A stretch of DNA of 64,000 nucleotides from contig CAVXGR010000025.1 of the NCBI GenBank assembly GCA_963761335.1, forward strand, positions 53,670-117,669, in the 5' to 3' direction. The notes below the pieces were generated by a model, which was given only the letters and a program-made list of their open reading frames with translations, did not search any database and had not been told where the DNA came from. Each line of letters opens with the position of its first letter. Positions within the stretch are counted from its first letter, which is position 1. The stretch comes from an uncultured delta proteobacterium (GTDB taxonomy: Bacteria > Desulfobacterota > Binatia > HRBIN30 > BPIQ01). Of the stretch, positions 29,838 through 40,341 are shown in pieces. The position numbers and the translations under genes were made by a program.

Positions 29838-31094
29838 TCATTCCTCCCACCGCTTCAGCACCAGCGAGGCGTTGGCGCCGCCGAAGCCGAACGAGTTGGT
29901 GAGCGCCAGGCGTACGTTCGCCTGCCGCGTCCGGTGCGGCACGTAGTCGAGATCACACTCCGGATCCGGGTGATCGAGGTTGATGGTCGGCGTGATGATG
30001 CCGGTCTCCAGGGTCTTGGCGGTGACCAGCGTCTCGAGCGCCCCCGAGGCGCCAATCATGTGACCGGTCATCGATTTGGTGGCGCTCACCGCCAAGCGGT
30101 GGGCGTGGGCGCCGAAAACCAGCTTGATCCCCTGAGTCTCGTTCAGGTCGCCCATCGGCGTCGAGGTGGCGTGTGCGTTGATATAATCGATCTCCTCCGG
30201 CTGCACAGCAGCGCTCTCCAGGGCCGCTTGCATGCAGGCGGCGACGCCGACGCCGTCGGGCAGGGGTGCGGCGATGTGGAAGGCCTCGTTTCCGGTGGCG
30301 TAGCCGACGATCTCGGCATAGATGTGCGCGCCGCGACTCTGCGCCGCCTCCAGGGATTCGACCACCAGGATGGCGGCGCCCTCGGAGAGGACGAAGCCGT
30401 CGCGATCGCGGTCGAACGGGCAGCTGGCGCGCTGCGGCTCGTCGTTGCGCAGGGTCACGGCGCGCGAGTTTGCGAAGCCGGCGATCTCGGTGGGATCGAT
30501 GAGCGCGTCGACGCCGCCGGCCAGCACCGCGTCGCAGGTCCCGTCGCGCACATAGCGCCAGGCCTCGCCGACGCCGTTGAGCCCCGAGGCGCAGGCGTTG
30601 CCGATGGTGAAGTTGGGGCCGCGCACGCCGAGGCGGATGGCCACCTGAGCGGCACCGAGACTGGTGGTGATCGCGGTGATGTAGAACGGAGAGACGGAGC
30701 CGGGGCCTTCGGCGTTGAACTGCGTCACCGTGCGAAAGATGGTGCGCGCGCCGCCGTTGTTGTTGCCCAGCATCACCCCGATGCGACGGCTGTTCTCCAA
30801 GGAGATCGGCAGCTTGGCGTCCTCCACCGCCATCACCGCGGCGGCCACCGCATAGCGGGCGAAGTCGTCCATGCGCTTCAAATGCTTTGCCGGGATCCAC
30901 TGCTGCGGCTCGAAGCCGCGCACCTCTCCGGCGATGCGGCATTTCTGATTGGAGACGTCGAACAGGGTGATCGGCCCGATTCCCGAGCGTCCGGCGCAGG
31001 CACTCTCCCAGATTGCCTCGGCGCCGATGCCGATCGGCGACACCCCTCCCATCCCGGTGATGACTACCCGTCGTGCTTGCATCTCTTCTCCCAA
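29838..31094 (-). CDS. fabF: Beta-ketoacyl-ACP synthase II
   Basis: ACASG (Cys), NAHATSTPMGD, KSMTGH and NSFGFGG; alternative start 31082. Confidence 0.92.
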   Translation of the reverse strand: MGEEMQARRVVITGMGGVSPIGIGAEAIWESACAGRSGIGPITLFDVSNQKCRIAGEVRGFEPQQWIPAKHLKRMDDFARYAVAAAVMAVEDAKLPISLENSRRIGVMLGNNNGGARTIFRTVTQFNAEGPGSVSPFYITAITTSLGAAQVAIRLGVRGPNFTIGNACASGLNGVGEAWRYVRDGTCDAVLAGGVDALIDPTEIAGFANSRAVTLRNDEPQRASCPFDRDRDGFVLSEGAAILVVESLEAAQSRGAHIYAEIVGYATGNEAFHIAAPLPDGVGVAACMQAALESAAVQPEEIDYINAHATSTPMGDLNETQGIKLVFGAHAHRLAVSATKSMTGHMIGASGALETLVTAKTLETGIITPTINLDHPDPECDLDYVPHRTRQANVRLALTNSFGFGGANASLVLKRWEE

Positions 31095-31204
31095 GCAGGC
31101 GCGGATACCACAGTGGCGCGCTCGGGGCTACGCCCGCGCCCGTCCGGGCACCGTCCTAGTTTGCCGGTCCGACTCTGCAATTATGTCCCGCCGCCTCGCG
31201 CCAG

Positions 31205-31350
31205 GGTCTCCTCTCCGCGCATTCTTTTCGCGGGCAGAGGATCAAGGTGAGGGGCTTCTTCCTCGCTGAAAGCTCATGATTTCTGCGGCGTTCAAGGAGA
31301 TCGGAACCCTCACCCTGCCCCTCTCCCGCGAAACAATGCGGGAGAGGGAA
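31205..31350. repeat. Pair of intergenic palindromic repeats (ccctcaccctgcccctctcccg..cgggagaggg family)
   Basis: Hairpin at 31307-31349 and a degenerate inverted copy at 31205-31255. Confidence 0.6.
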
Positions 31351-31498
31351 CCCGCGCCCGCAGCGGCGTGAAGATCGACGGGCAGTCGTTGTCAATGGGG
31401 TGCGTTCCCCAAAATAGGACAGTACTCGCCTCCGCCGCCCCGATCTCAATTGCGCCGTCCTCGCGGAGGGACTATCAGGGCGGCATGAGGACGCATCG

Positions 31499-32350
31499 GT
31501 GACCCAAGGGGAGGCGGTCGGTGTCCAGTCTACGGAGGCTTTCTCCTTTGCCGCGACCAATCTCACCCTGCTGAAGCAGCTGCGTCGGCTCGGCTACAGC
31601 GCCGAGGATCGGGCGGGCGTCCAGCGCGCCTATGCGCTGGCCATGCGCCTGTTCACCGGTCAGTTCCGGCCGAGCGGAAACACCTTCCTGGCGCACCTGG
31701 TGCGCACCGCCAGCATTCTCGCCGACCTCGGCGAGCCCACCGCCGTAGTCATCGCCGGCCTCCTGCATGCCGCCTACAGTCACGGCGAGTTCGGCGACGG
31801 GCTCCGCTCTCCTTCGGCGGTCAAACGGGCGGCGATGCGCGCCGTCGTCGGCGCGCAGGCGGAGTCGTTGATTCGCGCCTACGACGCGCTGCGCCGGGTG
31901 GATGTCCGCGCCGACCTGCCGGGGGCCATCGAGAGGCTGGATCTGGAGGAGCGTACGGCGGCCCGCATGCGTCTGGTAAACGCCTTCGAGGAGTACGTCG
32001 ATCTTGCCGCTGCGGAGTGGATGCCGCTGCCGGAGGAGACCAGCCAGCGCTACCTCGGCCGCTGTGTCGCGGCCGCCCGACAGCTCGGCGAAGAGCGCCT
32101 TGCCGTGGCTCTCGAGGGGGTCCGAGCCGAGATCGCCGGCAGAGGCGCCAGGGCCGAGGCATTTGCGGGAGGCGGCTTCGTCAACGCCGACGGCGCCCTC
32201 TGGCGCGACGGCCGGGGGTCCGCGTTTCTCCTGCCGCCGCTCTCCCACCGGCCCCGCGTTGCGGTGACTGTTCGCCGGCGGCTGCGCCGCGTCAGCTGGC
32301 TGCGGGCGCTCTACCGTTCCTATCTCGGCCCGCCCGGCCGCCCGGCCTGA
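31499..32350 (+). CDS. HD-like domain protein (DUF6817-like)
   Basis: FRPSGNTFLAHLVRTASIL..AGLLHAAY..VGAQAESLI. Confidence 0.65.
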   Translation: MTQGEAVGVQSTEAFSFAATNLTLLKQLRRLGYSAEDRAGVQRAYALAMRLFTGQFRPSGNTFLAHLVRTASILADLGEPTAVVIAGLLHAAYSHGEFGDGLRSPSAVKRAAMRAVVGAQAESLIRAYDALRRVDVRADLPGAIERLDLEERTAARMRLVNAFEEYVDLAAAEWMPLPEETSQRYLGRCVAAARQLGEERLAVALEGVRAEIAGRGARAEAFAGGGFVNADGALWRDGRGSAFLLPPLSHRPRVAVTVRRRLRRVSWLRALYRSYLGPPGRPA

Positions 32351-32398
32351 AGCCCTCCTGGCCTACCCGGGCGGGGCATGGAACCACGAATTCGTCGT

Positions 32399-32635
32399 TC
32401 AGCCGCAGGAGCGGCGCTTGGGCCGCTCGCCGACGCTCGGCTTGGCCTTCCTCCGGGTCGGCGGATCCTGCAGCACGGCGCGGACGGTCTCCTCCATCTT
32501 GCGCAGCTGCCTGCGCAGGACCAGCAGGTGATCGCGGAGCTCGTCTGTTTCGGCGGCCGCCGCGAGCTGCTGCATGCGGTCTGCAGCTTGCTTCAGGTTG
32601 AAGGCGACGATGCGTACGATCTCGGTCTCTTCCAT
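32399..32635 (-). CDS. Small hypothetical coiled-coil protein
   Basis: ATG preceded by gagg; amphipathic helical composition. Confidence 0.5.
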   Translation of the reverse strand: MEETEIVRIVAFNLKQAADRMQQLAAAAETDELRDHLLVLRRQLRKMEETVRAVLQDPPTRRKAKPSVGERPKRRSCG

Positions 32636-32782
32636 TTCCTCTGCCTCGCTCCCGTCATGATCCCGCCCGGGCGCCTCCGCCAGGGTCCCTGATCAAGGGG
32701 CGTTACAAAGGAATGAACAATTGTTCCGTCCGCCGGCGTCCCGCAGCGCGCCATGCGCCTGCCCCGCGCTACGGAGGGGGAC

Positions 32783-33940
32783 CTACCGTGAATTGCCGCT
32801 GCACAGCTCCTCGTAGAGCGCCAGATATCGCTCCGCCAGTCGCTCCGGGGTGTACTCGCCGGCAACCCGCCTGGCCGCTTCGCCCATGCAGCGCCTCTCG
32901 CCGGGGGATGCGATCAGCTCGGCGAGTCGTCGGCTGAGACCCTGGCGATCGCCCAGGGCGACGAGGTGACTGCATGCCGGCGCACAGAAGTCCCGCTGCC
33001 CACCGCGTTCGTAGGCGACCACCGGCAGTCCGGCGTGGAGGGCCTCGAGCAGGGCGATTCCGAAGGCTTCGTGCCGCGTCGTCGAGACATAGATGTCGGC
33101 TTCGCGGAGCAGGCGCCATTTCATCGCCTCGTCGACAAATCCTGTGAAGGAGACGATGCCGTCCAGGCGGGCCGCCGCCACCTGCTTCTCCAGCGAGCGC
33201 CGCAGCGGTCCTTCGCCGACGATGAGCAGCTGAATCGGTCGATCGCGCAGCTGTCCGACGACCTCGATGAGCTCGCCGAGCCCCTTGCGCGGGATCAGAC
33301 GGCCAACCGTGATCAGGCGGACGACCCGGTGCTCGCCGTCCCCGTCGCGGCCCTTTTCCATAGGGACATCTATGCCGGAGACCGCGAGGGGGATGCGGGT
33401 GATTCGGGCTCCCTCGCAGAATCCGCGCACCCGCTCCCGGGTGTCGTTGGAGGGGACGACGACGCGATCGGCGCCGCGCAATAGCCAGCGGACGGTCTGG
33501 CGGAGCAGCGGCGCGCGGTGAGGCGAGAGCCATTTGCTGGGATCGTACAGATCTCCACCGTGCACCGAGAGAACGTGGGGGACTCGGGCGCGCTTCGCCA
33601 GGACGGCTCCGGCGGGTCCCGACGGAATCGCAAATGACGTGTGGACGATATCGAAGCGCCCTTCCCGCAAGAGATCGCGGCCGCGGCGCAGAGCACTCGG
33701 GGGAAACGTCAACAGCGACGCGAGGCTGGCGACCGCGTCCCGGCTGCGGCCCCACACCGGCACACGCACCACGCGGCTGCCGTCCCGCCGTTCCTCCCGG
33801 GGGAGGCCTTTTCGGTGAGAGGTCAGGATGGTCACCTCGAGGCGCTGCGCGAGCTGGCGCGCGAGCATGCGCGAGAAGACGCCGCCGCCACCGCCGAGCG
33901 GCGGGTACTCGTAGGTGACCAGGAGGATCCGCCGGATCAA
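32783..33940 (-). CDS. Glycosyltransferase family 4
   Basis: YEYPPLGGGGG, VGRLIPRKG and EAFGIALLEA (EX7E); TTG start overlaps the upstream stop. Confidence 0.9.
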   Translation of the reverse strand: MIRRILLVTYEYPPLGGGGGVFSRMLARQLAQRLEVTILTSHRKGLPREERRDGSRVVRVPVWGRSRDAVASLASLLTFPPSALRRGRDLLREGRFDIVHTSFAIPSGPAGAVLAKRARVPHVLSVHGGDLYDPSKWLSPHRAPLLRQTVRWLLRGADRVVVPSNDTRERVRGFCEGARITRIPLAVSGIDVPMEKGRDGDGEHRVVRLITVGRLIPRKGLGELIEVVGQLRDRPIQLLIVGEGPLRRSLEKQVAAARLDGIVSFTGFVDEAMKWRLLREADIYVSTTRHEAFGIALLEALHAGLPVVAYERGGQRDFCAPACSHLVALGDRQGLSRRLAELIASPGERRCMGEAARRVAGEYTPERLAERYLALYEELCSGNSR

Positions 33941-35622
33941 CGCAGCCCTCCACCCGCCGCGAATCGCCCTTCGACCACCTCGAGCTCCCGCTGTCGCCGC
34001 TCCTCGTCCCATCCCAGCAATCGCGCCATGTGTCCCGCCGCCTCTTGCAGAGCCTCGACTCCCGGATGCCCGGCTGTCCCCAGCTCGGTGCGACGAAAGA
34101 CGACGTCGTCGAGCGTGCACGCCATCTCCTCGCCGACGGCGTAGGCAATATCGGCGGCGGCGACCTCGGCGTCTCCCAGCGGGCGCTCCCCGGTCTCCTG
34201 ATCGCGAGCGCGGCGCAGCACCCGCTGGTGCTCACCGCCGTGGCGGCGCACCAGCGCCGCCACGGTCTCTTCAGCGATTCCCGCGGAGCGGCTCTGCACG
34301 GCGTGCCGGCGATAGGCGTCGACGTCCTCGACGGCACCGCCGTAGATCGGCGTCGCCGCCGTGCGCGAGGGGACGAGCGGCCGTCGCAGCTTGCCAAGGG
34401 CGAGATCGACGGCGCGCTCCGCATCGTAACGACAGGTGCTGTAGCGCACGCCGATCAGGGTAACGAGACCTTCGACCCCGTCGCCGACGGCATGGTCGAG
34501 CAGAAGCGAGCGCCTGCCGAAGCGCAGGGCGCGACCATCCTGCGGGCCCTCGCCGAAGAGAACGCGACCCCACTGGCAAAGCTCGACGTCGCCGACGCCG
34601 AGAGAGAGACCCGGGCAGGCGTCGTTGATCTCCGCGAGAAACTGCCGGATCTCCGCCGGCGCTGGTGGCGCCACCGAGGCGGCGTCGTCGAGAGCCCGAT
34701 GCCACACCCCGAGCAACGTCCGCCCGCGCCACGGCGCCAGGATCAGATGACGGCCGGCGCGGCTGACGAGAGCGTCGGCGTCGCGCGCCTGCCCGGCGAC
34801 CACGGCGAGGGCGGCGGCCGTGTCTGGCTGCCGACGCAGCACCAGGCAGACATCGCGCGAGAACGTCGCCGCGGGCGCCGGCGGGGGAGCCAGCGTGCGC
34901 CTCAAGAAGTCCGGTGACCAACCACCCGCGGCAATCACCACGAGGCGGCCGCGGACCTCGATACGGGAGCCTCCGAGGCGATCGCGCGCCCACACCCCGC
35001 CGACGCGGTCACCGGCTCGGCAGAGCTCCGTTGCCTCGACGTAGTTGGCGGCGACGGCGCCCGCCTGCACGGCGGAGTGCAGGAAGGCCACGGCCAGGCG
35101 TGCCGGGCTGTGCATCTGCGCCTCGTGAACGATGCCGCCGCCGCTGAGACCGTCGGTCTCGATATACGGAAAGGCCTCGAGCACCTCGCTGCGAGACAGG
35201 AGCCGCCCCGCCGGCAGCCGCCGACCCGCTTCGCATACGCCGCGATTGCGGTCCCAGGCGAGGAGATCGAAGGCCCGCATCCCCGCTAGCAGGAGCGCGC
35301 GACCTCGGCGTCCATGGCCGTACGTGGGGATAACCAGGGGGAGCGGCGCGATCTGATGTGGAGCGACGCGCATCAGGATGTTGCGCTCGCGACAGTAGCG
35401 GCGGGCGCGGCGGACGTCGGCGTGCTGAAGATAGCGAATCCCTCCGTGCACCAGCTTGAAGCAGCTGGCCGAGGCGCCGCTGGCGAAATCGTCGCGCTCC
35501 AGCAGAGCCACCGAAAGGCCCCGCAAGGCGGCGTCCCAGGCGGTGCAGATCCCGAAGATGCCGCCGCCGACGATGACGACGTCGAACTGCCGATCGGCGA
35601 GGTCGTCGAGATTGCGTTTCAT
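33937..35622 (-). CDS. FAD-dependent glycerol-3-phosphate dehydrogenase/oxidase-like protein
   Basis: IVGGGIFG, DFASGAS..KLVHGGIRYL and DVVFRRT. Confidence 0.85.
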   Translation of the reverse strand: MKRNLDDLADRQFDVVIVGGGIFGICTAWDAALRGLSVALLERDDFASGASASCFKLVHGGIRYLQHADVRRARRYCRERNILMRVAPHQIAPLPLVIPTYGHGRRGRALLLAGMRAFDLLAWDRNRGVCEAGRRLPAGRLLSRSEVLEAFPYIETDGLSGGGIVHEAQMHSPARLAVAFLHSAVQAGAVAANYVEATELCRAGDRVGGVWARDRLGGSRIEVRGRLVVIAAGGWSPDFLRRTLAPPPAPAATFSRDVCLVLRRQPDTAAALAVVAGQARDADALVSRAGRHLILAPWRGRTLLGVWHRALDDAASVAPPAPAEIRQFLAEINDACPGLSLGVGDVELCQWGRVLFGEGPQDGRALRFGRRSLLLDHAVGDGVEGLVTLIGVRYSTCRYDAERAVDLALGKLRRPLVPSRTAATPIYGGAVEDVDAYRRHAVQSRSAGIAEETVAALVRRHGGEHQRVLRRARDQETGERPLGDAEVAAADIAYAVGEEMACTLDDVVFRRTELGTAGHPGVEALQEAAGHMARLLGWDEERRQRELEVVEGRFAAGGGLR

Positions 35623-36653
35623 CCCCGTCCGCTCCCCGCCGCGTACGTCGAGCCCGGTCTGACGCGGCCCCGAGGCAGCAGGCCTCGTTCCTCGTACCAC
35701 TGCATGGTTCGCCGGATTCCCTCATCGAGGCTCACCCGCGGGGCGAAGCCGAGTATCCACCTCGCCTGGGTGATGTCGAAGGCGCGATCGTCGGTGAAGA
35801 ACTCGAGGCGTCGCGGATAGAGCGGCGGCTCGATATCGATGAGCCTGCACAGACGCTGGCAGATGGGCGCCGCGATTTGCAGGGGCCACAGTGGCAAGCG
35901 CTTGCGCGGCGGTCGCATGCCAAGGGCGGACGCGACCTTCGCGACCAGCTCCGCGGTGGTCGTGGCGGTATCGCCGGCAACGATGAATACCTGGCCGCGG
36001 GCCGCGCTGCTCTCGGCGCAGAGCATGGTCGCGTCGACCAGGTCGTCGAGGTAGACCATGTGGTAGAGGTTCGCTCCCGTCCCAATCATGACGAACCATC
36101 CCCGCGCCACCGATCGAAACAGCTTGAGGAAACGCAGATCCCCGGGTCCGTAGATGGCCGCCGGGCGAAGCACTGCTCCGGGCAGCCCGTCGCGAAAATA
36201 GGAGAGGGCGAGGCGCTCGCCGGCGAGCTTGCTCTGCTGGTACGGATCGCGAGGCCGCAGCTCGGACCGCTCGTTTGCCGGCGGCCTCGCCACGTGACCG
36301 TGGACGCCAACCGTGCTGACGTGCACGAAACCGCCGACGCGATTGCGCTTTGCCGCTTCGAGGACGTTGCGAGTGCCGTCGACGTTGACCGCGAAAAAAT
36401 CCGACTCCGCCGCTTTGTGTCCCTGATAGAGAGCCGCCAGGTGAAAGACGACGTCGCTCCCCGTCGCCGCCTGCTCGACAGCGCTGCGGTCGCGCACGTC
36501 ACCAATGACGATGATGGTCCCGTCCTCGCGCAGCTCCGGCACGTCCTCTTGCGGAGGGACGAGAGCCGAGACTTCGACGCCGCGGCCGCGCAGGCGTTGG
36601 CCCAGAACGCGGCCGTAGGCGCTCGTCAGGCCGGTCACGAAGGCACGCCTCAT
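35619..36653 (-). CDS. NAD-dependent epimerase/dehydratase (extended SDR)
   Basis: VFHLAA, HVSTVGV, YQQSK and RPAAIYGPG; Rossmann motif reads TGLTSAYG. Confidence 0.85.
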   Translation of the reverse strand: MRRAFVTGLTSAYGRVLGQRLRGRGVEVSALVPPQEDVPELREDGTIIVIGDVRDRSAVEQAATGSDVVFHLAALYQGHKAAESDFFAVNVDGTRNVLEAAKRNRVGGFVHVSTVGVHGHVARPPANERSELRPRDPYQQSKLAGERLALSYFRDGLPGAVLRPAAIYGPGDLRFLKLFRSVARGWFVMIGTGANLYHMVYLDDLVDATMLCAESSAARGQVFIVAGDTATTTAELVAKVASALGMRPPRKRLPLWPLQIAAPICQRLCRLIDIEPPLYPRRLEFFTDDRAFDITQARWILGFAPRVSLDEGIRRTMQWYEERGLLPRGRVRPGSTYAAGSGRG

Positions 36654-36950
36654 GTGTCGCGCCCGCTCACCAATCGCGCTCCATTCCCTCGTCGTTGCCC
36701 CGCGAGATGGCTCTTCTTGCGGAGACGCCTCGGCACGCCTTATCCAACCGAACGGGCGGGGCGCGCAAGAGGGGACGCGGCGAACATGGGTTCCCTCTCT
36801 CGCATTGCCTGCGGCAGAGCGACAGGGAACGCCGCGACAGCTCACGAGCTTTCCGTGCGGAAGGGACCACAACTGATGGGTGCCGATCCCTGGACATCAT
36901 CCCGCCGCGGGCGATAGCTTCCGCCCGCTGAAAGCTCGACGGCAGATTTG

Positions 36951-37925
36951 ATGGAGCCCACGTTATCCGTAATCGTTCCCGTGCGCGACGAAGAGGAGAA
37001 CCTCGCGCCGCTGCACGCGGAGCTTTCCGCGGCGCTCGGCGGCCTGGGCGCGGAGTACGAGATCGTCTACGTCGACGATGGCAGCCGCGACGGCAGCTTT
37101 GGCGTGCTGGAGGAGCTGCAAGGACATGATCCGCACACCACTGTCATTCGCCTGGCGCGGGGGTACGGACAGACGGCGGCGCTCGCGGCCGGCATCGACT
37201 GCACCTCGGGGGAGATCATCGTCAGCCTCGATGGAGACGGCCAGAACGACCCCGCGGACATCCCCGCCTTGCTGGCGAAGCTCGAGCAGGGCCACGATCT
37301 GGTTGCCGGCTGGCGGCGCCCGCGGCGCGACGGCCTGGTAACCCGAGTGTGGCCATCGATGATCGCCAACTACGTCATCGGCTGGACCACGGGGGCGCGC
37401 TTGCACGACCACGGATGCGGCCTGAAAGTCTTCCGGCGCCAGGCGCTCGATGGGCTGAAGCTCTTCGGCGAAATGCACCGTTTCATTCCGGCTCTGGCGA
37501 GTGAGCTCGGGGCCCGGGTTACCGAGCTCCCCGTGAACCACCGGCCGCGGCGCCGGGGCGCTTCCAAGTACGGTCTGGGGCGGACGCGCCGGGTTCTGCT
37601 CGACCTGGTCGCGGTGCGCTTTCTGTGGGGCAGGGATTCGAGCCCGATCCAGCTCTTCGGCACCATCGGGCTCGTCATCGGCGGCGCCGGGATAGCGCTC
37701 ACCGGGTTTCTCGGTGCCCAGCGCATCTTCTTCGACGTGGCGCTCGCCGAGCGGCCGCTCGTGTGGCTCGCGATCCTGCTGACCCTCATCGGCTTGCAGA
37801 TGCTGGCAATGGGTCTTCTCGGCGAGCTGGTGGTGCGGACGCACCGGGAGATCCTCGGCGGTCAGGGGTATCGCGTCGCCGAGACCCGCGGGAAGAGCCG
37901 TGCGCGGCACACACCGAACCACTGA
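36951..37925 (+). CDS. GT2 polyprenol-phosphate glycosyltransferase (ArnC/GtrB-like)
   Basis: VDDGSRD, GQTAALAAG, DGDGQNDP, GEMHRFIP and two C-terminal TM helices. Confidence 0.9.
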   Translation: MEPTLSVIVPVRDEEENLAPLHAELSAALGGLGAEYEIVYVDDGSRDGSFGVLEELQGHDPHTTVIRLARGYGQTAALAAGIDCTSGEIIVSLDGDGQNDPADIPALLAKLEQGHDLVAGWRRPRRDGLVTRVWPSMIANYVIGWTTGARLHDHGCGLKVFRRQALDGLKLFGEMHRFIPALASELGARVTELPVNHRPRRRGASKYGLGRTRRVLLDLVAVRFLWGRDSSPIQLFGTIGLVIGGAGIALTGFLGAQRIFFDVALAERPLVWLAILLTLIGLQMLAMGLLGELVVRTHREILGGQGYRVAETRGKSRARHTPNH

Positions 37926-39435
37926 GCTCTACTGGGTCCTGCTGCTGGCGCTGATCCTCGGCGGGGAGATCTGGCTGCGCGGCGGCAACCTGGGGAGCAA
38001 CAGCTTCTTCGTCGACGAGTATTTCCACGTCTACGCCGCCCAGGGACTGCTCGAACACGGACAGCCGCTGATGCCGGGGGGCGGGGTGTATCGCCGGGCG
38101 TTGCCGTACTCGTACGCAGTGGCCGCCTTCTTCAAAATCTTCGGGGTCTCGGAGTGGAGTGCCCGACTGCCGAGCCTGATTGCCAGCAGTCTGCTGGTTC
38201 TGCTTGTCTTCGCCGCCGGCAGGTGCTGGTTCGGAGTGGCCGCCGGCCTGCTCGCGGCGGCGATTGTGGCAGTCGGTCCGCCGCTCACGTTCACCGCCCG
38301 GCTGTGCCGCATGTACGCTCCTTTCGAGCTTCTCTATCTGGCGGCGCTGTTCGCCTACGAGCGGGGCTGGGAGCAGAAGACGATCGCGGATGGTTCTCCG
38401 TTCTGGAAGATCGCCACCCCGCTCCTCTTGTACGCCAGCTACCGCATGCACAGCCTGACGGCGAACTTCGTCCCGGCCATCGCCCTCTACTGGGTGTTGA
38501 TGCTGGCGACTGTCGGAGATCGCCGCTACGCGCTCTATCTGCTGGGCGCGATCGGCGCGGTGCTGCTGGTCTGGGCGAGCGGGATCATCGACGTCGGGAG
38601 CCTCTGGAGCGGCGCCACGGCTGCGCCGGCGTGGGCGGTGCGCGGAAAGGAATTCGACTTCTACGTCTCGGCGTGGGCGGGAGCTTACCGAGGGCTGTGG
38701 TGGATCGTCGGCGCAGCGGTCTTGTTCGCCTGCGCGCGCCTGGGAAGAAGAGGCGTGCTGTTGGCCTGCCAGCTCGTGGTTCCTCTGACGCTGCTGTCAT
38801 TGGTGTTCGCTCGCAAGGAGCAGCGCTACGCGTCTTTCCTGTTTCCGCTCATGGCTCTCCTGGTGGCGCCGTTTCTGGTGTGGATGGTGCGCGAGATCGT
38901 CGCCTGGCTGCGACGCACCATCTGGCGCTCCGAGGCGCCGGTGCCCTTCGCCCTGAAGCTGGTGGTTGCCGCCCAGATCGCCGTCCTCGCAATCGCATGG
39001 CTCGCCCCCTCGATCCGCATCTCCTATGCGATGCGCAGCGCCTACATGCCGGACTATCGCGCCGCCTACGCGCGCATCGCCGCACTGGCGCACCCAGGCG
39101 ATGCCCTCTTCACCTCGGTGGGGTACTCGGCCGTCTATTACCTGGGGCGCGACGGCGTTGCCCTCCAGAGCCCCGATGCCGAGGCGGGTTCCCCCGGACT
39201 GTGGCTGCGTTGGTATCGCGACGGAAGATGGCAGCAGACTCTCGCGGACCTCCAGCGTGCCCGCAGGACGCAGCCCCGCGGCTGGCTGGTGACCGAGCAG
39301 GGGTGGTTCGCCAACGACTCGATCATCGCCTTCCCGGTGCGCCAGTTCATCGGGGCGACCATGCGCCCTGAGCCCATCGAGGACGGCGCCGGCGTGATGG
39401 TATTTCGCTGGGGGCAGGAGCCGCAGTCGCCCTGA
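37900..39435 (+). CDS. GT-C fold membrane glycosyltransferase (ArnT/PMT-like)
   Basis: FVDEYFH, FGVSEWSARLPS, CRMY and EQRY; many TM helices. Confidence 0.8.
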   Translation: MRGTHRTTELYWVLLLALILGGEIWLRGGNLGSNSFFVDEYFHVYAAQGLLEHGQPLMPGGGVYRRALPYSYAVAAFFKIFGVSEWSARLPSLIASSLLVLLVFAAGRCWFGVAAGLLAAAIVAVGPPLTFTARLCRMYAPFELLYLAALFAYERGWEQKTIADGSPFWKIATPLLLYASYRMHSLTANFVPAIALYWVLMLATVGDRRYALYLLGAIGAVLLVWASGIIDVGSLWSGATAAPAWAVRGKEFDFYVSAWAGAYRGLWWIVGAAVLFACARLGRRGVLLACQLVVPLTLLSLVFARKEQRYASFLFPLMALLVAPFLVWMVREIVAWLRRTIWRSEAPVPFALKLVVAAQIAVLAIAWLAPSIRISYAMRSAYMPDYRAAYARIAALAHPGDALFTSVGYSAVYYLGRDGVALQSPDAEAGSPGLWLRWYRDGRWQQTLADLQRARRTQPRGWLVTEQGWFANDSIIAFPVRQFIGATMRPEPIEDGAGVMVFRWGQEPQSP

Positions 39436-39449
39436 CAGCCCGGTCGTAT

Positions 39450-39548
39450 CCCCCAGCGGCTGTCCCTGCCGGTCCCGACGAAGCGGATACACTGGCCCTG
39501 GTTGCGAAACCCGAAGTTCTTCCAGCCGCCGTTCTTGCAGTCGTCCAT
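39450..39548 (-). pseudogene. C-terminal fragment of a secreted protein (CKNGGW...FRNQGQC motif)
   Basis: DDCKNGGWKNFGFRNQGQCIRFV with no upstream coding body. Confidence 0.5.
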
Positions 39549-39691
39549 GGACCGGGCCTGTGAAACCCCGCTGGGGCTGTGGTACCTTCCGAGCCATGGA
39601 TACCCGAGCCAGCTTGCGCATACGACGGATCGCAGCTGCCACGGCGCGCGACCATGTGCTGATTGCGGCGCGGCGCCTCAAGGAGGGGAAA

Positions 39692-40183
39692 ATGGGGGAG
39701 AGCAGCGAAGCCCCGGACAAGGCTGCGGCTCTCCTCGACGCCGCGCGCGCGCTGGAGGGCATTGGTGCCCCCTACGCACTGATTGGGGGTGTCGCCGTCG
39801 GCATTCACTCCGGTGTGCCGCGCGCCACATTGGACACGGACCTGGCGGTGCGATCGGGCTGTGATCGCGCTGCGCTAGCTGGCGCTCTGGTCGATGCCGG
39901 CTTCCGAGCCGTGGGCGAACATCCGCACAGCGCCAATTTTCGTCACCGCTCCGGAGAGCCACTCCAGCTTGCATTCGATCCGGCGTTCGACCCGATGATC
40001 GAACGCGCCGAGAGCTTTACGGTCGAGGAGGTCTCGATCCACATTGTGCGCAAGGATGATCTGATCGAGATGAAACGCCGCGCCGCCGCCGATCCGGCCC
40101 GGCGCAAGAGCAAGGCGCTGCGCGATCAAGCGGATGTCGAGCTCCTCTCCGGCGACGTCCCGGACCCCGACGAGGGCTGGTAA
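39692..40183 (+). CDS. Nucleotidyltransferase-fold protein (AbiEii/TA-associated type)
   Basis: YALIGGVAV..PRATLDTDL..DLIEMK..DQADVELL; RBS ggagggg; an upstream in-frame ATG at 39596 is possible. Confidence 0.75.
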   Translation: MGESSEAPDKAAALLDAARALEGIGAPYALIGGVAVGIHSGVPRATLDTDLAVRSGCDRAALAGALVDAGFRAVGEHPHSANFRHRSGEPLQLAFDPAFDPMIERAESFTVEEVSIHIVRKDDLIEMKRRAAADPARRKSKALRDQADVELLSGDVPDPDEGW

Positions 40184-40199
40184 CTGGCCGGGAGGAGGG

Positions 40200-40341
40200 A
40201 GATCGGGGTCGGGGGAACGCGCCGGTACCGGCCCCGGGAGATCGCCGCGAGACCGAGGTGCTCGAGAATCCTCGCGACCACGCTCGGGTCCTTGATCGTT
40301 GCCACCAAGCGCAGGCGGCCGCCGCAATCGGGGCACGCCAA
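40200..40341 (-). mobile_element. IS91-like transposase C-terminal remnant
   Basis: CPDCGGRLRLVATIKDPSVVARILEHLGL zinc-ribbon tail typical of IS91-family transposases. Confidence 0.65.

Noticed and set aside
29838..31094. Type II PKS ketosynthase cluster
   Set aside because: No ACP, chain-length factor or cyclase nearby; motifs fit a stand-alone FabF paralogue.
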